A DNA stretch of 64,000 nt from an uncultured cyanobacterium (GTDB taxonomy: Bacteria; Cyanobacteriota; Cyanobacteriia; CAKZMO01), in contig CAVRCJ010000010.1 in NCBI GenBank assembly GCA_963719515.1, positions 1 through 64,000 on the forward strand, read 5' to 3'. Made by a program: the position numbers and the translations under genes. The notes beneath the pieces were generated by a model that ran no database searches, was not told the DNA's origin, and saw only the letters and a list, made by a program, of their open reading frames with translations. Below, piece after piece: positions 9,651-19,574 of the stretch (positions within the stretch are counted from its first letter, which is position 1; every line of letters starts with the position of its first letter).

Positions 9651-10589
9651 ATGCCTACTGTCGATCTTTCCTCTCCTACAGTTTCGGAGATGTGGAAGCC
9701 CAATCGTAAAGCCGCGAAAATATCGCAAGCGATCGTCAAGTTTATCTGCGGCGTCTTCGCGTTTGTCTCTGTGATGACTACGATTGGCATTGTGCTGACG
9801 CTCATTTTCGAAACGACTGCCTTTTTCCAGGAAGTTTCGATATTTCACTTCCTGACTGATACAAAGTGGACGCCGCTATTTAGCAGCGGACAATTTGGCA
9901 TTTTTGTCCTGATCAGCGCTACCGTGCTGACGTCAGGAATTGCAATTCTTGTTGCCCTGCCCTTAGGGCTACTGATTGCCATCTGTCTGAGCGAATATGC
10001 CAGCCCTAAAGCCCGCAGCATTCTCAAGCCCGTGCTGGAGATTCTAGCAGGTGTCCCCAGCGTGGTGTTTGGCTATTTTGCGCTGCTGTTCGTCACGCCT
10101 CTGCTCCAGACGTTCATCCCAGGGCTGCAGGGCTTTAATGCCCTTAGCGCCGGCATTGTACTGGGCATTATGATTACACCGATTGTGGCCTCCCTGAGCG
10201 AGGATGCGATCTACGCTGTGCCTCGCAGCCTCAAAGATGGCTCCTATGCCCTAGGTGCAACCAAGCGAGAAACTATCTTGTCTATCGTTATCCCTGCCGC
10301 GCTCTCTGGGATTGTCTCTGCCGTCATTCTGGCCATTTCCCGGGCCATTGGCGAGACGATGACCGTGACCCTAGCGGCTGGTCAAAACCCTCGCTTGGGC
10401 CTCAACCCTTTGGTTCCGGTAATGACGATGACAGCGTTCATCGTGCAGGTCAGCTTGGGGGACACCCCTGCCGGCTCATTGGCCTACAAAACTATCTACG
10501 CGGTAGGAATGACGCTATTCTTAATCACCTTGGTCCTCAACGTCTTTAGCTTCTGGTTTGTTCGCCGTTTCCGGGAGAAGTACGACTAA
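9651..10589 (+). CDS. pstC: Phosphate ABC transporter permease
   Basis: [21 protein letters not shown], operon context. Confidence 0.96.
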   Translation: MPTVDLSSPTVSEMWKPNRKAAKISQAIVKFICGVFAFVSVMTTIGIVLTLIFETTAFFQEVSIFHFLTDTKWTPLFSSGQFGIFVLISATVLTSGIAILVALPLGLLIAICLSEYASPKARSILKPVLEILAGVPSVVFGYFALLFVTPLLQTFIPGLQGFNALSAGIVLGIMITPIVASLSEDAIYAVPRSLKDGSYALGATKRETILSIVIPAALSGIVSAVILAISRAIGETMTVTLAAGQNPRLGLNPLVPVMTMTAFIVQVSLGDTPAGSLAYKTIYAVGMTLFLITLVLNVFSFWFVRRFREKYD

Positions 10590-11506
10590 TGACGATTCAA
10601 AACCCACTATCCCTCGATACTAAAGGCGACAGAGCGTCAAGATTCAACGTCAATTTGGAAAGGCGCTACCTCATTGACAATATTTTTGCTTTTTTGACCT
10701 GGGCCGCGATCGCAATTGCGATTATGGTGCTGGCGGCGCTGCTGTTCGATGTGTTGACCGATGGATTAGCCAGCTTCGATTGGCAATTTGTCACGAGCTT
10801 CCCCTCCCGTAAACCGGAAAGAGCGGGTATTCTCTCAGCGCTTGCCGGCAGCGTCTGGCTGCTCGGTCTTGTGGCGCTAGTGGCCTTTCCCCTAGGGGTT
10901 GGTGCCGGAATTTATCTAGAAGAGTTCTCGTCCGACAACTGGCTTACGCAGCTGATTGAGGTCAATATCAACAACCTGGCGGGCGTTCCCTCGATTATCT
11001 ACGGCCTTCTGGGCCTGCAGGTGTTTGTTCGGTGGTTGGGGCCTCTAACGGGGGGGCGCAGCCTTTTGACCGGGGCGCTGACGATTTCGCTGCTGATTCT
11101 TCCAATTATTATTGTGGCGACCCGAGAAGCGCTGCGGGCCGTCCCTGACAGTACCCGACTGGCAGGCTATGCTCTTGGCGCGACCCGTTGGCAAGTGGTC
11201 CGGGTCCATGTTTTGCCCAGCGCGATCGCCGGTATCTTGACCGGGGCGATTTTAGGGTTATCTAGAGCCATCGGCGAAACGGCGGCGCTGATCACTATCG
11301 GGGCGCTGACCTTTATTTCGTTTCTCCCTGAAGGCCCTCAAAGCCCGTTTACTGTCCTGCCCATTCAGATTTTCAACTGGGTGGGTCGTCCTCAGCGCGA
11401 GTTTCACGATATTGCAGCCAGCGGCATTATCTTGCTGATGATTGTGCTGCTGCTGATGAATTCGGTCGCCATTGTTCTGCGCAATAAATTTCAGCGGCGA
11501 AGCTAA
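10589..11506 (+). CDS. pstA: Phosphate ABC transporter permease
   Basis: [25 protein letters not shown], 1-bp overlap with pstC. Confidence 0.96.
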   Translation: MTIQNPLSLDTKGDRASRFNVNLERRYLIDNIFAFLTWAAIAIAIMVLAALLFDVLTDGLASFDWQFVTSFPSRKPERAGILSALAGSVWLLGLVALVAFPLGVGAGIYLEEFSSDNWLTQLIEVNINNLAGVPSIIYGLLGLQVFVRWLGPLTGGRSLLTGALTISLLILPIIIVATREALRAVPDSTRLAGYALGATRWQVVRVHVLPSAIAGILTGAILGLSRAIGETAALITIGALTFISFLPEGPQSPFTVLPIQIFNWVGRPQREFHDIAASGIILLMIVLLLMNSVAIVLRNKFQRRS

Positions 11507-11548
11507 GTCCCTTTACTGTATTTCCCAAATTTATAAGGAAGGTTCCCT

Positions 11549-12355
11549 ATGGTTGATTCCATCGTCTCTGAGCAGGCCACCCAGCTTACCTTCAAAGCCG
11601 AAGATGTCGATGTTTACTACGGCTCCAACCTCGCGGTGCGAGATGTCTATCTGGATATTCCACAGCGCAAGATCGTGGCCTTCATTGGTCCCTCCGGCTG
11701 CGGCAAGAGCACCATCCTGCGCTGCTTCAACCGTATGAACGACCTGATTCCCAGCGCTAAGGTTAAAGGCCGGATTACCTACAAGGGTACCGACATCTAC
11801 GCTAAGGGCGTGGACCCGGTGGAGCTGCGCCGCCGCATTGGCATGGTGTTTCAAAAGCCCAACCCTTTCCCCAAGTCTATCTATGACAATATTGCCTTTG
11901 GCGCTAAAATCAACGGCTACCAGGGCGATATGGACGAGCTGGTGGAGAACTCCCTGCGGGGTGCGGCCCTGTGGGATGAGGTCAAGGACAAGCTGAAGGA
12001 AAGCGGTCTGTCCCTATCCGGGGGGCAGCAGCAGCGTCTGTGCATCGCTCGGGCGATCGCCATCGAGCCCGATGTGATTTTGATGGATGAGCCCTGCTCG
12101 GCGCTAGACCCCATCTCTACTTTGAAGGTGGAGGATCTGATGGCGGAGCTGAAGGAAAGGTACACGATCATCATCGTCACCCACAACATGCAGCAGGCCT
12201 CCCGCGTCTCTGATATGACGGCCTTCTACAACGCTGAGGAAACGGACGCGGGCGGCAAGGTGGGCTATCTGGTGGAGTATGACCAGACTGAGCGCATTTT
12301 CCAGGACCCGCAGCAGGAAGATACTCAGCGGTATGTTTCGGGTCGCTTCGGCTAG
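11549..12355 (+). CDS. pstB: Phosphate ABC transporter ATPase
   Basis: [38 protein letters not shown]. Confidence 0.97.
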   Translation: MVDSIVSEQATQLTFKAEDVDVYYGSNLAVRDVYLDIPQRKIVAFIGPSGCGKSTILRCFNRMNDLIPSAKVKGRITYKGTDIYAKGVDPVELRRRIGMVFQKPNPFPKSIYDNIAFGAKINGYQGDMDELVENSLRGAALWDEVKDKLKESGLSLSGGQQQRLCIARAIAIEPDVILMDEPCSALDPISTLKVEDLMAELKERYTIIIVTHNMQQASRVSDMTAFYNAEETDAGGKVGYLVEYDQTERIFQDPQQEDTQRYVSGRFG

Positions 12356-12563
12356 GATAGCCTGCAAGTATTGCTGGTTTCGCCTCACTCAACTGCTGCT
12401 GCTCTTTGATAGGAAAGAGCAGCAGTTTTTTGTCTATCTTGGTTGCGACGCGACGCATTTAAACCAGGGCGAAAGCCGTAAACTATTTTCATATTTATCT
12501 CGTGGGCTCGTAATCTGTGTCATATAGATAGAAGACTTCTCACTCTTTGGAGCAGTGAAACTG

Positions 12564-13007
12564 ATGGATGTCTTGGCTCTCACAACCTTTCTAGCGCCTT
12601 GTCTACCTTTTTTGCTGGAGAAGGTAGGTGCCCCCGCCCTAGAAAGTGCCGCGACTAAGCTAGGGGAAGACACGTGGGCCAAGGCCAAGGCGATTTGGGC
12701 TAAGCTTTGGCCTCAGGTAGAATCGGAGGCGGGGGCTAAGGTGGCGGCAGAGAAGCTGGCGGATAAGCCTGAGAGTGCCGCCTGGCAGGAGGCGTTTCAA
12801 GAGGAGTTGGCGACCATTTTGAATAACGACTCGGCTTTGGCAGAGGCTGTGGCAAAGCTGTTTCAGGAGGCGCAGGCTTCTGGCGGTGGTACCTACGTGC
12901 AGCAGACGGTTCAGGAGAACCGAGGCCAGGTGATTGGCAATATGTCTGGCGGTGAGGCCAAGAATATTGCCGGAATTGGGCCAGTTCAAGGTGATGTGAA
13001 CCTGTAG
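12564..13007 (+). CDS. Bell/HeLo-like helical protein with C-terminal putative amyloid signalling motif
   Basis: Hydrophobic N-terminal helix (LAPCLPFLL), helical bundle (KAKAIWAKLWP...AWQEAFQEEL..IL..D..LA..V..L), Gly linker, then a Q/N/G-rich tail matching the next gene's N-terminus. Start is ATG 12564 or GTG 12555. Confidence 0.7.
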   Translation: MDVLALTTFLAPCLPFLLEKVGAPALESAATKLGEDTWAKAKAIWAKLWPQVESEAGAKVAAEKLADKPESAAWQEAFQEELATILNNDSALAEAVAKLFQEAQASGGGTYVQQTVQENRGQVIGNMSGGEAKNIAGIGPVQGDVNL

Positions 13008-13042
13008 CGATCGCCTCTAAGCAAAACGTTTTAAAGTGCCCT

Positions 13043-14119
13043 ATGCCGGACGCCGTTCCACACCAGCCTTTATCACCAGAAAACCAGGCCCAGCAAGATA
13101 TTGAACGTAACTCCGGTCAGGCAACGGGTAATATGTCTGGCGGACAGGCCATCAATATTTCCGGCGGGACCGTCACCATTGGCTCTGGTGGTGAGGCTAC
13201 AAATACTCAGCGAAGGCCAAGGATAGAGCAAATTCCGTCACTACTGCCCTACCTGCCCGATCGGACGAACCAGGAGTGTGAGCTAGCTGAAGTGATTCAG
13301 CGATCGCCTTTACAAACCAGACAACCGTTGATTTGTCTTGTCCATGGCGATGAGCGGCAGAGCCACGACAAGTTTTTAGAACGGCTGCGGAAGGTCTCGC
13401 TACCTCGCCTGCTACAGACGAACCAAGAGCCCACCCCAGTCAAGGCGTATCGCCTACAGTGGCCCGCAAGTCTGCGGCAGTTAGACAAGCTCCCCGCGCG
13501 TCTATCCCTGAACCTGGCCAGCGAGGTAGAGCGCCGCAGTCTAGCTAGCCTCGAAGAGATCAATCAAACATTTTGTACCCATCCAGGGCCGGTGCTCGTG
13601 CATCTGCATCTGATGACGGATGATTGGGACCGGTTTGGGGCTAGCCCAATGGCTAAAATCTTGGAGTTTTGGCAGAGCTGGCCCGACCTGGGGCCTGACC
13701 AAACCTTGGTGGTCTGCGTGTTTATTAAGTACCAGCTCAAGCGCTCCGGAAGCAAGAAGCGGCGCTGGTTCATTAACCCCATCGCTTGGCTGCGTCAGTT
13801 CCTTAGGTGTCGCCGCTGTCAAAAGCTCAACCGCGCGATCGCTGAGCAGTTAGAGAGCCTCAAGTCTACTGGTTTTGTATCCTACGACCGGCTGACGGGC
13901 ACTGTCCTATCTAAGCTAGAAAACCTCAACCGCAGCCACGTAGAAGACTGGGTGCGAGATGAGGAGACCAAAAAGTTTGCGGGGGAAGCGGCTGTGGAAC
14001 ATCTGCTAAGAGAAGTTAGAGAGATGTTTGACCAGGATGAAACCCTATCTATGGATAGGGTGGCTGACCGCCTCACTGCTTTACTTAAAGCGATCGCTAT
14101 CAGCGGGAGGGAAGCTTGA
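13043..14119 (+). CDS. Inactive STAND (iSTAND)-type protein with N-terminal putative amyloid motif
   Basis: LPYLPDRTNQ...LICLVHGDERQSHDKFLERL resembles a degenerate P-loop region (no GKT/S). Sits directly before MoxR and vWA genes, as in iSTAND ternary systems. Confidence 0.7.
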   Translation: MPDAVPHQPLSPENQAQQDIERNSGQATGNMSGGQAINISGGTVTIGSGGEATNTQRRPRIEQIPSLLPYLPDRTNQECELAEVIQRSPLQTRQPLICLVHGDERQSHDKFLERLRKVSLPRLLQTNQEPTPVKAYRLQWPASLRQLDKLPARLSLNLASEVERRSLASLEEINQTFCTHPGPVLVHLHLMTDDWDRFGASPMAKILEFWQSWPDLGPDQTLVVCVFIKYQLKRSGSKKRRWFINPIAWLRQFLRCRRCQKLNRAIAEQLESLKSTGFVSYDRLTGTVLSKLENLNRSHVEDWVRDEETKKFAGEAAVEHLLREVREMFDQDETLSMDRVADRLTALLKAIAISGREA

Positions 14120-15117
14120 TTAGCCTGCCATTTTACCGAGGAGACGGCAGTGCCCGTCCGGAAGGAGCTGTGCAGCTACCGGTGATTGAGCGATCGCGTT
14201 TACTGAGTCCAGAAAACTACATCGCCGATGAAGGGCTGCGCAATGCTTGCAATGTAGCCCTGCTGCTGGGGCAGCCGCTGCTGCTCACGGGGGAACCGGG
14301 CACCGGCAAAACTCAGTTCGCCTATAGCCTGGCCTATGAGCTGGGGCTCGACGAGCCACTGAAGTTTGAAACTAAGTCTGACAGCAGCGCCCGCGATTTG
14401 TTCTATACCTACGATGCCCTGAAGCGGTTCCAGGATGTGCAGAGCGGCGTAACCGCTAGCCAAACCTTAGACTACATCACCTACCAGGCGTTGGGGTTGG
14501 CCATCCTCCGCACCCAACCAGCGGATAAGCTTGACCACCTGCTACCCCTTGACTTTGAGCGGCTCAGCCCCCAGCGCTCGGTGGTGCTGATTGACGAGGT
14601 GGACAAAGCCCCACGAGATTTCCCCAATGATTTGCTGAATGAGCTAGACCAGCTCTATTTTAGGGTGGCGGAGCTGGGCAATGCCAAAGTGGAAGCCGAC
14701 CCGGCGCTGCAGCCGGTGGTGATTATTACCAGCAACTCGGAAAAAGACCTGCCGGACGCGTTTCTGCGGCGCTGCATTTACTACAACATCCCGTTTCCTG
14801 AGCCAGCGCGGCTAGCGGAGATTTTAGCGGGGCGGCTAGGGGGCAACGTAGACAAGACCGACGCGGTTTTGCAGACGGCGCTGGATTTGTTCGGTCGACT
14901 GCGATCGCCCAGCGCGGGGCTGCGGAAGAAGCCTGCGACGGCGGAGCTGCTGGGCTGGGTGATGGCGCTGCAGCGGTTTGCCGCAGGGAAGGCTGACCCG
15001 TTTGCTGACCCGGCGGTGGTGTTTCAGACCTTGAGTAGCTTAATCAAAACGGCAGAAGATCAGGCCAAGGCGAAGGGTGTGGTGGAGCGATGGATAGCGG
15101 AACGCGCAGCGCAATAG
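14116..15117 (+). CDS. MoxR-family AAA+ ATPase
   Basis: Walker A GEPGTGKT, Walker B VVLIDEVDKA, ITSNSEKDLPDAFLRRC, KKPATAELLGW. Confidence 0.93.
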   Translation: MISLPFYRGDGSARPEGAVQLPVIERSRLLSPENYIADEGLRNACNVALLLGQPLLLTGEPGTGKTQFAYSLAYELGLDEPLKFETKSDSSARDLFYTYDALKRFQDVQSGVTASQTLDYITYQALGLAILRTQPADKLDHLLPLDFERLSPQRSVVLIDEVDKAPRDFPNDLLNELDQLYFRVAELGNAKVEADPALQPVVIITSNSEKDLPDAFLRRCIYYNIPFPEPARLAEILAGRLGGNVDKTDAVLQTALDLFGRLRSPSAGLRKKPATAELLGWVMALQRFAAGKADPFADPAVVFQTLSSLIKTAEDQAKAKGVVERWIAERAAQ

Positions 15118-18100
15118 AGGGCCTGACGCCGGAGCTGCTGGTGCAGTTTTTGGACGACCTGCAGCAGGCGGGCTATGGCATTAGCCTCACCCACTACTTA
15201 GCGGTGCAAGATCTGCTGCTGACCTTGACGCGGCGGGGTGAGCTGCAGGAGCTGCAGGATCTGAAGCTGTTGCTGGGTCCAATTGTCTGCAGTTCTGCGA
15301 CAGAACAGCTCGATTTTCCCCAACGGTTCGATCGCTGGGCGACGCAGGTGCAGCAGCGGCAGTACCGCCCTCCGCTCACCGAAAAGGAGCAAGCCGAAGC
15401 TTTGGCGGCAGAGCTGAGCGGCTTGCAAAAAGGGGCGAAGCGGCTACGGCGGTGGTTAATCGTCGTCGTTGCTCTATCTACCGCCGCATTTGTTCCGGTT
15501 TTTTTCTATCTTTCCAGGCCTCCGGCAGAGCCCCCTATTGTGGAGGAACCAGCTACCCCTGCAACAGGCAATCCCGCCGCGAATCCACAGCCCGCCCAAG
15601 ACGGAGTCGCCCCAGAACCAATTCCATCTGAGCCAGAGCCACCTGCACCAGGTGACTTGCTCGTCGCCCCGCCCCCGCCAGAGGGCATCTTGGGACCGGG
15701 GCCACAGCTCGGCGAGTTTTTGTATTTGGGCGTGATTGTGGCCGTGCTGCTGTGCTGGCGCGGGTGGTGGTGGTGGCGAGCGCGGCTGTTTCTCAGCCGT
15801 CGGGAAACCAATCGCTCTCCAGAGCTGCAGAACATTTCCCTGCAGGGCATTCGGTCCACCGTGTTTCCACCTCGAGTGATGTTTCAAGCGGCGCAGCAGC
15901 TGCGGCAGCGCACTCGTCAGCCTGCCAGCACCCTAGACATTGACCGAACGGTCCAGGCATCTTTGCAGCGCGGCGGCTGGTTTGCGCCGGTGTACGGCTA
16001 CCGGCAGGTCATCCCGGAATATTTGGTTTTAATCGACCGCGCCAGCTACGCCGACCACCAGGCCAAGCTGGTGGAGACCCTAGTGCAGCAGCTCCGGCAA
16101 GATGGAGTCTACGCGACGCGCTATTTCTTTGATGGCGACGCGCGGGTATGCTACCCGGATGCGCCATCGGGCCTGCCCCAGGCTTTGGAGACCCTGGCGA
16201 AACAGCACCGGGAAAAGCGGCTGGTGGTGGTGGCCGGTGCGGAGACGTTTTACAGCAGTCAGACGGGGGAGGCGGTGCCCTGGCTGGAAGAGCTGCAAGG
16301 GTGGGAGCAGCGGGCGATTTTGGTGCCCAATCCAGCGGAAACCTGGGGGGGCTGGGAGTTTGGGCTGGCGAGCCGGTTTGTGGTGCTGCCGCTGTCTCCC
16401 CAAGGCATCGTTACCCTGGCCACGGTGTTTCGTCATGGGTCTGCAAGCTATTCTCTAGCTGGCGATGCGGCCCCATTCCCGGAGACCCTGGCCATGCGGC
16501 CCCAGCGATGGCTAGAGCGCCACGCCCCGGCCCCGGAGGAGGGGCGACGGATGCTGATGGAGCTGCGAGAATATTTAGGGGAAGCGGGGCTCTACTGGTT
16601 TGCGGGCTGCGCCGTGTTCCCGGAGCTGCACTGGAGCATTACGGTGTATTTGGGCAATGTGCTGCGGGATGAAAAGGATCGCCCCCTCTTGGAGCGCTAC
16701 CCGCTTGTTAAGCTGGCGCGGCTGCCCTGGTTTCGGCAGGGCTACATTCCCGACTGGCTGCGGCAGTATTTGGTGGTGAACCTGACGGCGGCGCAGAACA
16801 AGACTATCCACCAGGCGTTTCAGCAGCTGATGGTGACGGCGGTGCAGGGGGCGGTGGGGCCGCTGCAGCTGCAGATTGCCCAGCAGTATCAGCAGTCCTT
16901 GTCTCACCTGACTAATCCGCTGCTGCGGCTGCTGTCGCGGCGGGCGGCAGATGAGGCCCCAATAAAGGACTACATTTTTGTGGATTTTATGGCGCGGGAG
17001 TCGCTACTGACGGTGACGGTGCCAGAGGATGTGCAGCCGCTGCTGCGGGGGAGCCGGTATGAGAAGGCGGTGCGGCAGCAGCAGCGGGCGCTGGCGGCGG
17101 TGGTAAGCAGCTTGATTATGGTAGTGGGGTTGAACTTTTGGTGGGTGATGGCGGCCCCGACCCGGGAGATGAATCAGCTTTTACAGAGTACTCAAAGCTC
17201 GGTAGAAGAAAATGCGCTGCTAGAGGCTTTGGTTAGCTTGACGCGGGTGGGTCAAATGCTGCGGGCTTCCGGCAGCAAGAATTCTAATCTGACTTCGTCT
17301 GCGACAGATTTGTTCCTGCAGCTCACGTCGCGAGGGGTGGATGCTTCAGAGACATCTTTTGAGTTTCGGGAACGGAACCAGCTTGAGGGCTACGGCGATC
17401 GAGTTTATAGTGTGGCATTTAGCCCAGATGGGCAAACCATTGCCTCGGTTGGTAGAAACGATAGCATCAAGCTGTGGGACCTTAGCGGCAATGAGCTCGC
17501 TACCTTTGGGCACTACAGCGGTTGGGACTCTAGGGTGGGTGTTGAGATCGATGGTGTGGCATTTAGCCCAGATGGGCAAACCATTGCCTCGGGTATCTGG
17601 GACAATAGCATCAAGCTGTGGGACCTTAGCGGCAATGAGCTCGCTACCCTTGCGGGCCACGGCGATCGAGTCTATAGTGTGGCATTTAGTCCAGACGGGC
17701 AAACCATTGCCTCGGGTAGTGAGGACAATAGCATCAAGCTGTGGGACCGCAATGGCAGTCTACTCGCTACCCTTGCGGGCCACGGCGATCGAGTCTACAG
17801 TGTGGCGTTTAGCCCAGACGGGCAAACCATTGCCTCGGGTAGTGGGGACAATAGCATCAAGCTGTGGGACCGCAATGGCAGTCTACTCGCTACCCTTGCG
17901 GGCCACGGCGATCGAGTCTATAGTGTGGCGTTTAGCCCAGACGGGCAAACCATTGCCTCGGGTAGTAGGGACAATAGCATCAAGCTGTGGGACCGCAATG
18001 GCAGTCTACTCGCTACCCTTGCGGGCCACGGCGATCGAGTCTATAGTGTGGCGTTTAGCCCAGACGGGCAAACCATTGCCTCGAGCAGTGGGGACAATAG

Positions 18101-19388
18101 CATCAAGCTATGGGACCGCAGCGGCAATCTCCTCTCCACTCTTGCGGGCCACGGCGATCGAGTCTATAGTGTGGCATTTAGCCCTGACGGGCAGACCATT
18201 GCCTCGGGTAGTAGTGACAATAGCATCAAGCTATGGGACCGCAGCGGGCAGCAGGCCGTTCTCGCAATCGATCAGGGCCCTGTTCTCGAAGGACATGAGG
18301 GGCTGGTCAGTGATGTCGCCTTCAGTCCTGATGGCTCGCGGCTAACCACCAGTGGAGAGGATGGGACGGTGCGGCTATGGAATATCAGTGGTGAGCAACT
18401 AGCTGTTCTCGAAGGACATGAGGGGCTGGTCAGTGATGTCGCCTTCAGTCCTGATGGCTCGCGGCTAACCACCAGTGGAGAGGATGGGACGGTGCGGCTA
18501 TGGAATATCAGTGGTGAGCTGTTTGCTGCTGTCTTGGAAGGAAGTCAGGGGGCTGGCAATGATGTCGTCTTCAGTCCTGATGGCTCTCAGCTGGTCACTG
18601 GAGGAGAAGATAGGACAGTACGGCTATGGAATAGCAGCGGTGAGCAACTAGCTGTTCTCGAAGGAAGTCAGGGGGCTGTCAATGATGTCGCCTTCAGTCC
18701 CAATGGCTCTCAGCTGGTCACTGGAGGAGAAGATGGGATAGTACGGCTATGGAACATCAGCAGCGGTGAGCAACTAGCTGTTCTCGGAGGGAGTCAGGGG
18801 GCTGTCAATAATGTCGCCTTTAGTCCCGATGGCTCTCAGCTGGCCACCAGTGGAGAAGATGGGACAGTACGGCTATGGAATAGCAGCAGCGGTGAGCAGC
18901 TAGCCGTTCTCGAAGGACACGAGGGGCTGGCCAGTGATGTCACCTTTAGTCCCGATGGCTCTCAGCTGGCCACCAGTGGAGAAGATAGGACAGTACGACT
19001 ATGGAATATCAGCGGTGAGCAACTAGCTGTTCTCGGAGGGAGTCAGGGGGCTGTCAATGATGTCGCCTTCAGTCCCAATGGCTTTCAGCTGGTCACTGGA
19101 GGAGAAGATGGGACAGTACGGCTATGGAATATCAGTGGTGAGCTGCTTGCTGTCTTGGAAGGTCACAGCGCGGCAGTATCGATTGTGGTGTTTAGTCCTG
19201 ACGGGCAGACCATTGCCTCGGGTAGCGCAGACAGCACCATCAAGCTATGGCCTTGGCCTCTAGAAACCTTCGTCGCGTTAAGCTGCAACTGGCTAGAAAA
19301 CTACCTTCGCACCAACCCAAACGTCACCGCAGAGGACAGAGCCCTCTGCGACATCTCTGACGAACCATCGGCCAGTGGGACTGACTAG
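15090..19388 (+). CDS. Membrane vWA-like MoxR partner with C-terminal WD40 beta-propellers
   Basis: Two N-terminal TM helices flanking a Pro-rich linker; LDIDRTV...P...PEYLVLIDRAS (vWA-like, degenerate MIDAS); third TM; 15 WD40 repeats. Confidence 0.85.
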   Translation: MDSGTRSAIEGLTPELLVQFLDDLQQAGYGISLTHYLAVQDLLLTLTRRGELQELQDLKLLLGPIVCSSATEQLDFPQRFDRWATQVQQRQYRPPLTEKEQAEALAAELSGLQKGAKRLRRWLIVVVALSTAAFVPVFFYLSRPPAEPPIVEEPATPATGNPAANPQPAQDGVAPEPIPSEPEPPAPGDLLVAPPPPEGILGPGPQLGEFLYLGVIVAVLLCWRGWWWWRARLFLSRRETNRSPELQNISLQGIRSTVFPPRVMFQAAQQLRQRTRQPASTLDIDRTVQASLQRGGWFAPVYGYRQVIPEYLVLIDRASYADHQAKLVETLVQQLRQDGVYATRYFFDGDARVCYPDAPSGLPQALETLAKQHREKRLVVVAGAETFYSSQTGEAVPWLEELQGWEQRAILVPNPAETWGGWEFGLASRFVVLPLSPQGIVTLATVFRHGSASYSLAGDAAPFPETLAMRPQRWLERHAPAPEEGRRMLMELREYLGEAGLYWFAGCAVFPELHWSITVYLGNVLRDEKDRPLLERYPLVKLARLPWFRQGYIPDWLRQYLVVNLTAAQNKTIHQAFQQLMVTAVQGAVGPLQLQIAQQYQQSLSHLTNPLLRLLSRRAADEAPIKDYIFVDFMARESLLTVTVPEDVQPLLRGSRYEKAVRQQQRALAAVVSSLIMVVGLNFWWVMAAPTREMNQLLQSTQSSVEENALLEALVSLTRVGQMLRASGSKNSNLTSSATDLFLQLTSRGVDASETSFEFRERNQLEGYGDRVYSVAFSPDGQTIASVGRNDSIKLWDLSGNELATFGHYSGWDSRVGVEIDGVAFSPDGQTIASGIWDNSIKLWDLSGNELATLAGHGDRVYSVAFSPDGQTIASGSEDNSIKLWDRNGSLLATLAGHGDRVYSVAFSPDGQTIASGSGDNSIKLWDRNGSLLATLAGHGDRVYSVAFSPDGQTIASGSRDNSIKLWDRNGSLLATLAGHGDRVYSVAFSPDGQTIASSSGDNSIKLWDRSGNLLSTLAGHGDRVYSVAFSPDGQTIASGSSDNSIKLWDRSGQQAVLAIDQGPVLEGHEGLVSDVAFSPDGSRLTTSGEDGTVRLWNISGEQLAVLEGHEGLVSDVAFSPDGSRLTTSGEDGTVRLWNISGELFAAVLEGSQGAGNDVVFSPDGSQLVTGGEDRTVRLWNSSGEQLAVLEGSQGAVNDVAFSPNGSQLVTGGEDGIVRLWNISSGEQLAVLGGSQGAVNNVAFSPDGSQLATSGEDGTVRLWNSSSGEQLAVLEGHEGLASDVTFSPDGSQLATSGEDRTVRLWNISGEQLAVLGGSQGAVNDVAFSPNGFQLVTGGEDGTVRLWNISGELLAVLEGHSAAVSIVVFSPDGQTIASGSADSTIKLWPWPLETFVALSCNWLENYLRTNPNVTAEDRALCDISDEPSASGTD
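17382..19260 (+). repeat. Intragenic WD40 tandem array (~123-126 bp units), two repeat families
   Basis: 7 units of GHGDRVYSVAFSPDGQTIASGSxDNSIKLWD type, 7 of GHEGLVSD/GSQGAVND...GEDGTVRLWN type, then one final first-type unit. Several units are near-identical at DNA level. Confidence 0.95.
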
Positions 19389-19574
19389 CCCCGCCCCCAC
19401 TCAATCAGGATCTGTCGGCCCCAACGTCATCCCAAACACAGCCAAAACAAGCTGACTGAGACTATTCGACACCGCATAGGTATTCACGTCCTTCTGGACT
19501 CTCCGCGATCGCCATCCGCTAAACCGCGCTGCCAGGACCCCGAAACCTAAACCCCGAGGCCCTGGCAATAGGCT

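Noticed and set aside
13043..14119. Active NLR/NACHT ATPase
   Set aside because: No Walker A GxxxxGK[ST] and no C-terminal superstructure repeats, so it is treated as inactive STAND-like.
17341..18345. 334-aa alternative-frame ORF over the WD40 repeats
   Set aside because: Shadow ORF caused by repetition of a stop-free unit.
17382..19260. Diversity-generating retroelement target
   Set aside because: No reverse transcriptase or non-coding template repeat in the window; variation fits intragenic repeat recombination.
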